Positions 22,222 through 33,968 of a stretch of 64,000 nucleotides of DNA are shown here, piece after piece; position 1 is the stretch's first letter, and each line of letters opens with the position of its first letter. The notes beneath the pieces were generated by a model. The model was given only the letters and a program-made list of their open reading frames with translations. It made no database searches and was not told the DNA's origin. Source of the DNA: Callorhinchus milii. Taxonomy: Eukaryota. The DNA is taken from assembly GCF_018977255.1 (NCBI RefSeq), contig NW_024704873.1:62001-126000 (forward strand), read 5' to 3'. The translations under genes and the position numbers were made by a program.

Positions 22222-24550
22222 TTTTGTAATCAATCGAAATACCCACAGTTTACCCCACCACATGTGAACTGCCAATCAAATAAATGTGGTGTACCCATTT
22301 ATATTGCTGGGTAGAATTAAGAAACTTACCAACAGTTTCCACTGCCGTTCTGTGAAATCTAACCCGTGATCAGTGCGCGAACCACTACAACATGGCAACA
22401 TGGAGCCCTCAACACAACCAAGTGAAAATTGTGGCCAAACATTCACAACTTTAATTCGAACTAATGTGGATTTGTTTTTGTATTCATGTGTCCTCTTGTA
22501 AATCTTAAAAGGGCGAAAAAAACTCACCACACCGCTTCATCATTGGAAAATATGACATCATAATGTCCCAAATTTCAAAACATGTGTCTCTGTGCACTAT
22601 TGCCAATAGTCCAATAATGTTACTAGATTTATATTCGTTTATAAGTTTAACCTTGTTACTGGAAAACTCAGACCATCATCTCTCTGAGGTCAATAACGTA
22701 AGTACTGCTATTAGTAGTCAAGAGTGATCCGATGGATAGACTGGTCCCCGTCATATTATCGTGGAATTTACACCACTTTCTCATGCCGCTTAGTGGAGCA
22801 TTGACACACTGGCTCTTTGACTTTACTAGCGAAGTGCCAAGCAGAGACATCCCAATGTGTGCAGCTGTTGCCACTTTTATCTTCTCATGAGGACACTCAG
22901 ATGCACTCAGATACAAATGATTGATGTGACCAAGGAACAACTGAATAGAAATGGAAACATTGCTTTTTTCTGGAAAATTAGCTGCCTCGCTGTTGTAATT
23001 GCACATTCTTACTGCTCAGGGAGACATCCTGTAGGACTCGCCGCTTCTCATGCATCTTCAAAACTAAAGTGTGCACCCGAGGGGATTTCATCAGAGCTAT
23101 GCAACTAGCTTCAGCGCTTCAGCGATGTGCCTGAACCTGAGAGTGCGAGATCTCAACAATGCACAGCATGGTCCACGACTGCGTGTGTGTGCGTGTTTGA
23201 AGGTTTCCTATTCCATGGGCTGATCATAGTGGCTCAATTTAAGCCCTTGCTGCCCACAACGCCAAAGCAGACTTCGTGTGTCAGGAAAACCTGGTATTTT
23301 TTATTTGAGTATTTATGACCGCTGTGGAAGAGTAGGCCAAATACCCTCTTAAAAGGGGCTCTATAGAAATCTCTCGAGTGGACGCGCTTTTGTCAGCAGT
23401 GCCTTGGGTTCCACCATTACTTTCATTTGATTTGAAACCTCACTGAAGCACCAATGGCTTATTTCAACCCATTGACCACTCTGAGTGCTTTGGTATGGAA
23501 CAATTACCGACATAAAAAAAAAATCTTAATTCCAGTGAATAGTGAGATTTGATCTGGTCTCTTCTTTTTTAACCAGGCTGAAGTAACAGACTTGTAAGTT
23601 ATTAGCGTGTAAAAGTTCCACGTGATCGTAGAAGAGCTGACACCTTAGACACGTCACAACTAAAAATACAACTGAATACATGCTCCTCTGATCTCTTTGA
23701 AGCCTTGATTTTGCGTTGTTTGTTCGTTAAATAGGGGCTAGTGACAATACACGATATAAACCACAAAAAAAACTTGCCATCTAACAAACACTGAATTACA
23801 TAAGAGGCAAGAGGAAGCCAGTCAGCCTGCTTACACTAGACAGCCCTATGTATAGTGTTGCCGGATAGTATTACAGCACCAAGGAAAACATGTGTCAGCA
23901 AGCCCCAGTCGTTGTGGTTTGTGAATCACATGGCCCAGAGTCATTGCTTATGGTAGAGACTCAGATTAGTAAACAATTTCTTCGTCAACTGAGCTCATTG
24001 TGCATCTCTCTCTAGCTTCCAAAACAATTAAGGTCTCTACTTACTCAGCATAGGAACACGGCATATGTAGGGACAGTCCCTATAATACGTGCCAATGCAC
24101 AGTGTCATATATTTTAGCCGCTTGAGGAACTATATACAAATGCATCCTTGCAGTAGGTGTGATTTGTGGCCCATGCTGGAATCACGTGTGAGATAGGCGC
24201 GTGCATGCAAGTGCAAATGGGGTTCTTGTAGCAGTATATAGTGCAGTAAGTAGGCTCATGACCCATCTGTAGAGTTGGAGATTCTTTCCTCGTATGCATG
24301 GAGTCATGGAGGTCAATTTCCTCCCAAACGAAAAATAATCCCGAACAGGATCTTCCTGAAAAACAAATCTTGAGACTCCGTCAGATGTTCATGAGTAAAC
24401 ATGTTTATAATATTGCAAATCTTAGAAAAGTTAATATTGCAAAAATATAACCAAGCTCTTTAACAGGTAGGCTTCCTGCTAACACTCTCCCAGTACGTGT
24501 CTTTGCTTCCTCTTAGTACCTTTCACGGGCAATGGTATGGTGTACAGCAG

Positions 24551-24616
24551 ATTGTATAATAATAAATAATATGAATTCCTGCAGTCACGAAAGCGTTAAG
24601 TCAATGTTGCATGCTT
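24551..24616 (+). mobile_element. PLE tail-only micro-insertion
   Basis: ATGAATTCCTGCAGTCACGAAAGC flanked by direct repeat TACAGCAG (24543-24550; 24617-24624). Confidence 0.55.
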
Positions 24617-25812
24617 TACAGCAGTGCAAATACATAAACTATTGCACTCATTTGAAACATACAAAGTAATGCGACATATTAACACGATTCAAATGTAATT
24701 TTTTTTATTGTAGAATATTACTTATATAGGGCACAATACACATCTGGCCAGGGAACAGCATACCAAACAAAAAATGTGTCCAATGCTGTGCTTGCTGTCT
24801 GCGCCATGGCGCAGATCCTCAAAACACAGCAGCCAGTATCGCAAATTGATCTTCCTCGAATTACCCAGCAGCCAGTCACGTGCCGGGAGTTGTGCCCAAC
24901 ACGTGTCCCATCGGTGAGATGACATCGGAGTCAAAGTGTCGAGATATCGTGATGTGTGTGCAGCACCCCAGATGGCAGCATCTTGATGTGGCTCAGCAAG
25001 GCCACAGACACGGGCAGCTGAAGCAGCGACGTTGACCCACGGGGGTACCCGGCAGGACAGAGGGCAGGGCGGGCAAAGAGCTGGCCAGGCAGATCAAAGA
25101 GTGGCTGCCTCTATGGAGCACACGGAGGATTTGTTGCCCGCAACGTGTGCGCCGCCCTTTTGCTCCCTTGCTGTCACTCCCTGGCACAACTTCGAGTGGC
25201 AGCCAGCGCATATTAAGCTCCGGGCGTTTAAACTCGCATCGCCAATTGCTGCGCGTTACCCCGACCGAGCCCACTTTAGCAGCAGCGCCGCTTACTGCAT
25301 CAGCTGATTATTACGAGGCGCATGCTGAATTTCTCGAGTCATTTTTTGTTATGCAAAACTCTCAGCTAATATTACCATTGCTGTTAGTCGTCTCCAAAAA
25401 CATCCATACATTCCCCCAGCAAGTAATGATGTGTTCCTTCAGTGTATTATTACATTCGAGTCTTCATGGCGAAATAAACATGTCTTTATGGCCTGTTATA
25501 TGGTTTGAACAATTCGTGTACACGTTTGTTCCGGACTGCAGTGTGGTGGCTGTTTGCCCTCTATAGCAGGTGCCTACTGCTACTGCACGAGTAGATTGTG
25601 TGTGCCGAGGGTTCCCATGAGGACATATTTTTATACCTTTAGACACCGTAACCTAATTTCAAAGTTGGCTACTCTCGCTGCTATACGGCTAACGATTGGC
25701 GACTGGTTACATTGAGAGATATTAGAACCTGGTGTGTATTCGTTATTTCATTTTGGTAAACCCATAATACACTTAGTGCACTTGATCTTTTTTATTATAA
25801 TGGTTGATTTAT

Positions 25813-26000
25813 TTTGATTTAAAGCTTTCGTGACTGCAGGGATTCATCTTCTTGGTTCTTTCGGTAAAGTCACGTAGAAGGGAAGTAATAAAATAATAAA
25901 AATAAAACATAATAAAATTATTTTATTATGTTAAAATAATTTTATTATGTTTTATTTTATTACTTCCCTTCTACGTGACTTTACCGAAAGAACCAAGAAG
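25813..26000 (-). mobile_element. Palindromic PLE tail insertion
   Basis: 13-bp TSD ATGGTTGATTTAT (25800-25812; 26001-26013); arms CATCTTCTTGGTTCTTTCGGTAAAGTCACGTAGAAGGGAAGTAATAAAATAA and its reverse complement. Confidence 0.8.
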
Positions 26001-27564
26001 ATGGTTGATTTATCTTGAATAAATTAAAGCTCACTGTCTGATCTAAATTCTAGAAGTGTTGTGTGATTATTGTATGATAATTTCAGATCGTGTGCATATT
26101 GTATGTATGTATATTGGACTTCTTTCGCATCGCACGTTGCCAGCTGTGCTTTTGTGTGTGCATTTTATCGTCTTTCCCCGCACCTCCGATTCGCACGGTT
26201 AGCTACGTACGGTGCGAAAGAAGTTCAACATACGCACATAAATTTAAATCTGAGGTAAGGGGGAAGGACAACATTTTACACAACAGTAGCATATGTAGAT
26301 TATATCTGTGGAACAAACCTTCGACCACATATGATGCAGTACAAAACATCTAATGCCTGACCTTGTTATTGCTAACGGCAAAGTCATAACACCATTAAAT
26401 AATCACGCGCCGTGAAAAAAACGTGGATCACCTGAGATCTGTCGGAGGTCATCCGAGCGTCTGTAGTCGGTTTTTTTTTTTGGGGGGGTGGTATTTTATG
26501 ACATATCTGCGAAATCAAAAAGTCTGCGCCTACTGATTTGTTTTGTTGGATGGGTGTGAAAGATTTGTTTTTCTGTTGCCTTTAATTTTGACAACATTAT
26601 CGGTGCTGGGATCTCCCTTGAAGAGATGGGGAAGGGTTGAGCTTGTGTTCGCGAGAGTGAAAATGCGGTCCTGCCCAGCGGGGACAGATCAGCATCTCTT
26701 CTTTGAAACAGAAACCCCACCTTGTGCTTGTTTTAATATACAGTCAAGGTGAGAAGAATCATCGAGGTTTTGGATTCGTTTTTTGCTCTCGCATACTTGT
26801 GTTGTTTCCATAGTGCTCAAACTCACACATTGCCAAACGTAATGTCACGCGCACATAATGCACTCTTGGAAAATATGTACTTTACGGGTAACATTTGCAA
26901 AATTCTCTTTTGTGTGTTTATCAATTCTAAAAAAAAACAGACAACACCTTTTGTTGCTGTACCTTTCGATTAAAACACGCACGGGTATGCAGTGAAAAAA
27001 AAAACCACCGTGGTCACAATGTATGAATATGTTTCCCATCGCTTAAAGTTCCTCTTGAAAATGTAATATGTACAACTATTTAGTTTTCCATGATACGTGA
27101 ATGTACAGCTGCAGAGTTTCATTGTCAGAATGCAGTGATATTCTCTTGAGATGTTCTTCTTAATGTATAAAAATGCTTGATAAGCATTATCCTCAGGCAT
27201 GCTATCTTCTCGGTATGCCCTCGTAGTTTTTAATTTTTGCTTTATGAAGTGTTTTAAGAGCAGAGTGTGATCACGAAATTTACTTTTGTGAAGGATGAGC
27301 ATTGATGGCCAATCTAAAGTTAAGTATTTTATGTTACGCTGTGAATGAGGGCCATTGCCAAACTGTCATCTCTTCTTATTTTTGAGGGCAGTGTTATGCT
27401 TGATTTGTGCACCACTGCCAAAAAACCATCAAAAGAAACTTTAAAATATAGACTTTGGTTCTAAAATGTTTTATTTTCTTCATATTTTTACAATCAACAG
27501 GTTGACAATAAATTCGGATTTCTCGCATGAATATGCATAACAGTTCTACGATGTATTACAATTG

Positions 27565-27730
27565 TATGGTGGCATGGAGTGGTGATAACACTCATTCTGC
27601 ACAGCAAGAAGGTCCTAGGTTCGAATCCCGACTCAGGCACCTTTCTGTTTCGAATTTGTATGTTCTCCCCATGTTCTGCGTGCGTTTCTTGTGGATTCTC
27701 TGGATTCCTCCCACAGCTAAAAATACGTAT
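27565..27730 (+). mobile_element. V-SINE-like tRNA-derived SINE
   Basis: CACAGCAAGAAGGTCCTAGGTTCGAATCCC head, then TTTGTATGTTCTCCCCATGTTCTGCGTG..TTCCTCCCACAG (V-domain-like). A cleaner V-domain fragment GGGTTTCCTCCGGGTGCTCCGGTTTCCTCCCACA is at ~15101-15134. Confidence 0.7.
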
Positions 27731-29782
27731 AATCGTAACTTGTATTGGCCAAAAAAATCCTCCTGAAAAAGAGTTGTGAGACTCAGTGAGGCGAATAAAT
27801 TAATATAAATGGCCATTTTCATAGAACAATACTCATGCCTTGTACTGCCAATGTCGACATGGTTACACATGTATGCAGTGTATCTAACAGGTATTGACTA
27901 CAACATGAAAAACACAGCCAGGCTAGAAACACGACGTTCAGCCAAATGAAGTTTATATTATACATTACCAAGTTAATCGTGAAAACCTGCAAGCCTTTTT
28001 TTAAAGTTGGTGCAATGTTTAAACGTCACTGCTATGTTCTGCATCTTGTTAGCGTTTTCATGTAAAAGTGTAAAGTCTCAAATGGTTCATGTAACACAGG
28101 CTTTCTCTGGGCTCTCCTTCGGATACTTGTCCCTTCGTCAGAGCAATTTCCTTGGCCATTGTGAAACGCGGTGCAGTTGACCATATTTATACAAACAGTA
28201 TTCTACAAAACCAGTCGTTATAAATGACGTGCAAGGAGTGTTGCGGCTTGTCAATGTATCATTTGCATATGTGTATCAGGCATGTCTTGACGGATTGACA
28301 CGTGTATCTAAAGAGCTAAACTCACATGGGGCGAGATTCGCAATGCTTACATAAGGGCCTTGACATGAATACAGCTCTGTGTGCATGCGCTGGGTGTAGG
28401 CTGTGGCCAGGTATAACCGTAATTATTTATAGGTTTGCTCTACCCGCACGCACAATGGCATGCTCTCAGTGCCACATTGTATGCAGTGGGACAACACGCC
28501 AAGCTTGCTGTATTTTTCTCAGACGTGTTTACCTTTAAAGATTGATGGATTTTTTTTCTATTTTCCCGGGAGAGGGAGTCATTGGGAGAAGGACTGAGAT
28601 GAGAAATAAGGAGAAGAGGGTGAGAGGGAGAGATTTTTTTTTGTTTACACACAGTTGTGATGTATAAATCTGTCATCCTCAGCCTGGACCCGTGGGCTAA
28701 ATGGATCAGGTTTACCAAGGTGATACAAAGAGGCCACACGGGAAACTCACGTGGCCGTGTGAGCGACCGATCCGTGGACTCCCGCCCCCGCGGGCTTCGC
28801 TTTGGCGGCGCTTCCCACGAAATGGGTTGTTAAAGTAATTTCAAAATAAACTTTGCGGCAGTCAGTCCATCAGAGTCCGCCACGGGTCTCGCGCCGATTG
28901 TAAGATACAACATCCATTAATTTCTGGGACGTACACGAATGTCTTCGTTTGGCGGTGAAGAAGGTAACAACATTATTGTTGTGTTCTTTGTTAGGAGGAT
29001 TTAAAAAAAAACAATTGTTGGTGTGGACTTTGTTGATCGTGTTTTGCCCCAGGATATGCCATTCATATGCGACCACTGGGGTCATTGTCCAACAGCGGTT
29101 CAATGAAAGGAAAATGTTATTTTTTTCAGTCAACATTTATTTCATCGACGTGATAGACTATATTTCTCAACTTAACTCTTCCAAAAGCCACACTTGCCAC
29201 AGCAGTCTACAGGTGCATTAATGCCATCGACACAGAAACCTTGTAAGTTGGTCCTGAAGCAACGACTGCACCAATGGTTGCATAACCTCGTCATTGTCAA
29301 ACTCCCTTTCACGTACAGCTTCTCTCAGAGCTCAGCGCAGATGGGAGACTAAAAGGGGATAGGAGGTATGGGCCGCGTGATGGACGTTCGCAAAACTTCT
29401 GTGTTACATGCAGAGTGTAGACGTGTAATGTCGTGTTGAGACACCCTTTCTTAACAGAACACGGCATTTGCAACTCACCTGAGGTTTCATTTGGTCTCCA
29501 ACAACACGCAGCAGGAGGGAGCACTGGTGACTGACTCTGTCTATTTTCTTGGAAGGCAACTTGTTATCAGATCCTGCATCCCCCGCCCACCCTGCCCCGC
29601 CAAAAAAAGATATCTTCAATACTTTTCCAGAAGAAGTTTGAGACTCGCTTTTTTTTCTTAACTTAAAGAGACTGGGCGTAATGGTGAATTCAAGTTTCGT
29701 TGGCGGTGATCATTCGAGACGAAAACGTATTTCCTTGATATAGGTTCCTGGCTGATAAGGCACTACAAACACAGTCCACATT

Positions 29783-29864
29783 ATATTCTTTGTTCTTTCG
29801 GTAAAGTCACTTTACCGAAAGAACCAAGAATATGAATCCCTGCAGTAACGAAATATTTAAATCG
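29783..29864 (+). mobile_element. Palindromic PLE tail micro-insertion (82 bp)
   Basis: ATATTCTTTGTTCTTTCGGTAAAGT-C-ACTTTACCGAAAGAACCAAGAATAT hairpin plus tail; TSD ACAGT(C/T)CACATT (29771-29782; 29865-29876). Confidence 0.75.
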
Positions 29865-30379
29865 ACAGTTCACATTTTTGGCACTCAATGAGCGTACAAT
29901 TTTTTAAATGCATCATGTCAGGAATTTACTGAATAAACTGTTCCTACACTTATTCTTATGACTGCCAAATTGTGCCTTAATTTGTACTGGCTGGTCATGC
30001 AAACATTGGCTGGAGTTGAATCATCAACGTACTATTTACATCACAATTGTTGTCCTTGACCGCAATATCTAAACATTGCCATGATTAAGAATATTTGAGT
30101 TTGATGATTTAATCAATTTCACTTGCCTTTCGCATTCTCTGAGGACAAATCAAATAGCTCCCTTCTTTTCTAATGTGCAGTTGTACAAGTACACCACCAT
30201 CTTTTATTACGTGACATGTCCACTGGCTCTAAACTGTGGATAAAGTTTTTTTACCGGTATCATGCTTTGGCATGTAGTTTTTTAATATCGAAATCACACG
30301 AACATATTCTGCATATTATCTATATCTTAAATTATTGAAATTTCCTTTTTACATATAAACACGATGTGCCATCATCCAT

Positions 30380-30625
30380 AATGTATGTATGTTGAATTTT
30401 TTTCCCACAGCATGTAGCTAACCATGCTAATCGGAGGTATAGGGGAAGGACCATAAACTAAACACAAAAATCAGTTACCAAGAGTTTTCACTCTAGATTT
30501 AAAAGTGTATAGCCTCAATGTCTTCCTAACATTGCAAGGAAGAGCACTCCAGATGGCCGTAGATGCGCATCTGACAAGCGCGTGATGCAGTGACTGTCTT
30601 TGTTCGATGGCTAGCCAATGAATCC
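30380..30625 (-). mobile_element. L2 LINE 3' end
   Basis: Same tail as 12925-13350; decayed ASTAIWSALP.NVR peptide. Confidence 0.55.
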
Positions 30626-30666
30626 ACTGCTGGGTGAAGACCTCCCGAAGATGTCACCATCACTCA

Positions 30667-31345
30667 TGCCGTCGTGATGTAACTGTCGGCACACTGGACT
30701 TGCAAATTTAGAGGTCCACGGTTCGATTCGAGCTCCCGAGGCAGCGGTTGAAACAACGATGCGAGTTTTTTCAATCCCCCGCTGCTGTCCACCCAGCAGT
30801 ATCAACGGGTATGACCACAGTGAGTCGATCGGTTAAAATGTGAGTGCGCCCACCTCTTCCAAGACGTCTGGACCCACCCATTACACACACAAAGTGCTTG
30901 CCACAAATGGATCACAATGCCTTGCTGATCTCGTTAAGGAACATCAACCATCACGCGAACTCCGGTCATCCTCGCAGCGGCTTTTGGCGAGCCAACGAAC
31001 ACGATGGTTGCTGCATTGCACGATTTCGGAAGTGCTTCTGCGGCCGTCTGGAATCATCTTCCTTCAAATATTAGGAGGCCACTGGAGCTATGCACTTTTA
31101 AAATAGATTTTAAAAACGCATTTATTTAAAGCTACTTTTTTGTGTTTAGTTTGTTGTTGTTCTTCCCCCGCACCTCCGATTAGCACTGTTGGCTAAGTAC
31201 GGTGCAAAAGAAGTTCAACAACGTTCAGCAACATAGAAGAGTAGGCCAAGAACCCAGCAGAGAGGCTCTCTGGAGCTCCCTCTAGCGGAGGCCCTTCCGC
31301 CAGCAGTAGCGTGAGCGAGATATTGCAGGGCTGCACCTTTACTTT
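30667..31345 (+). mobile_element. tRNA-derived SINE (family D) interrupted by an L2 fragment
   Basis: Head with GGTTCGATTC B box (~30720). Segments CTTCCAAGACGTCTGG and GGGCTGCACCTTTAC are also found, without the L2 insert, at ~53305-53435. Confidence 0.5.
30880..31225 (+). mobile_element. L2 LINE 3' end with ORF2 C-terminus
   Basis: HQPSRELRSSSQRLL..SASAAVWNHLPSNIR..FK..LKTHLF, the typical L2 ORF2 end, followed by the shared tail. Confidence 0.75.
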
Positions 31346-33664
31346 TTTAACCATATGTACATATCACGTAAAGTATCGGTGAGAGCATATATGCCATATG
31401 CCTGTAAAGGAAACCACGCATTGATTGATCTGTGGGTGGACTGACCCCCCCCCCCCCAACATAGGAACGTGTCATTTCCACCATTAGCTCGAGGGCACAA
31501 ACGAAGATAAGCGCCCGCTTGAGCGAGAGAGACAACGTCGACTTGAATTGTGTACAATGAGATGACAGCTCACACCGTTTGTCATTGAGATATAATTGGC
31601 GACAATCGAGTCGCAACAAGAACAACAACAACAAAGGCCGCATTGATCGAGCGAAGGCGAGTCCATCGCCCATCTGGAGAAAGATGCTGGCGCTGGTCTC
31701 CGCTCATCGTACGTTGCTCAGAGCGGCGCGCCCCACCGCTAAGACGACCTTAAAACAAATGTTGCATTCCGCGGATAATTAAAATCCCATGTCTGACTTA
31801 ATAACGACTACGTTCGTGAACGAGTGGAAGCGTGCGCTTGCGAACATCTGGGAGGTACCATTTGTAGCAATCAGAAGCAGTGTTCGTCTTTTAAGGGCTG
31901 CGTCCCTGTGTGCAGTAGCACAGCTGCGAAAATCCTACGCGGTAGCGTAATCATAAAATTTGCATTTTACATGGCAATATTCAACGTGAAAGCTCGGTCG
32001 ATGTGCCGGGTTTTTTTCTTCACAGCCGCTTGTAATTCAAGTTCCGTGGTCTGGGTCGGGCTGTGTGTTTAAGCGTCCCTTCTCACAAGGTTTCGCCTCA
32101 CACTACCGCAGGGCATCTTCGGGACAGATTGAAATATTTGGCCAAATTTCAGGAATGAGAGTGTTGGAATGAAATCAAACCCCAAATCCGAGCCTGCGTG
32201 AAGCGTTATTTTAAACGTACCTTTTTGTTTTGTTTTGGAAGATCGCTTTCCACTGGGTTGCAGAGGGCGGGGCAGGAGGGGAGTCGAAAGGGGAATTGAA
32301 ACGGGAGGACATGGGCACTGACAGCGCGGCCCTGTTGCTGGCCCTTTCATGGCCCAGGGCCATACCTAGGCGGCCAGGACTGGTTCCCAGTGGGTATGAG
32401 GACGTAGCAACAATGGCTTTGTGTACTCTGGTCGTGTGACCAACACGACTGAACTGGCCCACTGGGTGACCAGGTGTTACCTGGTAAGCCAGGATGGTGT
32501 TACACTGACTCACTTCGCAGAGATGTTTGCCAGCCAAATGCCAAATTGCTCGTGATAAACATCTAAACGTTTAAAACTTATGGATAAAGTACACCTGTAT
32601 CGGGCTATGTTGATAGATTATTCGCTACGATCTTAGCAAATAAACGCAAAAATAATTTAAAGTTGCCCATGGCTGAATGTACCTATGTACGATTACATTG
32701 ATATGATTTTCGTGGAATATTAAAATAAAATTCTACGTGTAAATACACATTCATAATATTCAGACATAGTGACATGGCTTTGTCGTGAGAGTTTTAAGCA
32801 TTGTAGCAAACGACTTCATCAACTCTGAGAGTTTTCCATTTGCTTCAGCCGTCCAACCAAATACACCAAAGACCGACCTCCACCAAGTGTGTCCAGAACC
32901 GACTCCTGTTCATTCAGTGCGGTATAACAAATGTTTGTACAAGATGTAATGGCAAAAGTTAAAATAACACTCAAAGAAGGCACAGGTAAACCCATTCTTT
33001 TTTTTTGCACAAATAAAAGGTGAATAGAAGTAAACAGACCGGTAACAATACGCAGGCAAATAGCCTTTTTCTTGTCACTGGTGCCTTTTTGGCTTTGACG
33101 CTGCTGCTGCTGAAGCCATGCACTCTCAATCGATAAATGGGCGTCCGTTCTCATTGCCGTTTGTTACAAAACCATCGCTTGTGTGCACTTAAATCCGTTG
33201 TCGAAATGTGCATAAAGACTGCGCGGGCAGGTGAATCAACAGATGACGACTCTCCGTGGCTTCAAATTCCAAGCGCAACAACAATAACAGAGAGACTTGC
33301 ATAACGACCCATGGGATGATGCACACACGTGTTACACACACACATGCACGCTATGTGCACTGCGCACACAAACATTGGACCCGTCAATCGCCCTTTGTAG
33401 TTCTGCATGCGACACACTGATGGAATTTTTTTGTATCTGGAGCAGTTGTGTTTATAAAATAAAAGCTGTACTCTAAAGCGGTCTCATATTTCTGCCCAAA
33501 AACTCGTGTCGTTATTTCACGACCTTTGTTGCATGTATCTGCGAGAGCGGTGTTATTCTGAGTAAATTCATCTTGGGGCTGCGCAGGCAATGTGTGAAGC
33601 GTATATGTTCAGTGGTGCAGCTGTCACCAATGGAATTGTGCATCACTCCTGGTTAGACTACTAC

Positions 33665-33968
33665 TCTTTTTATTTTACCAGGTAAGGCCCACTGAGCTAT
33701 TTAGTTCTTTTTCAGAAGCGATCTGGCCACAAGTGATAGCTCAACGGAATGGTGTATCACGTGGAAATATATAGCGTGCAAATACTCTAAATGCATGTCG
33801 ATTCCAAATGTGGAGGGGAAAAACTGGAGCACCTGGAAAAAAATCCACGTGACCACAGGGATAACATACAAACTTAAAATATACAGCAGGCATCAGGGCT
33901 GGGATCGAATTCTCGACCTCCTGCATACCAGGCGAGGTAGTTAACATCTCATCACCGTGGCGCCCCAT
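33665..33968 (-). mobile_element. tRNA-derived SINE (family C)
   Basis: Colinear with 15535-15822. Confidence 0.65.

Noticed and set aside
27565-27640. tRNA genes at SINE heads (also ~8790-8850, 30670-30750, 57430-57500)
   Set aside because: A/B boxes are present but I see no complete cloverleaf, and each continues into a multi-copy SINE body.
31560-32563. Minus-strand exon candidates (hydrophobic stretch at ~31600-31670; donors near 32220 and 32514)
   Set aside because: The hydrophobic run is a (TTG)n microsatellite and no consistent frame or family could be assigned.
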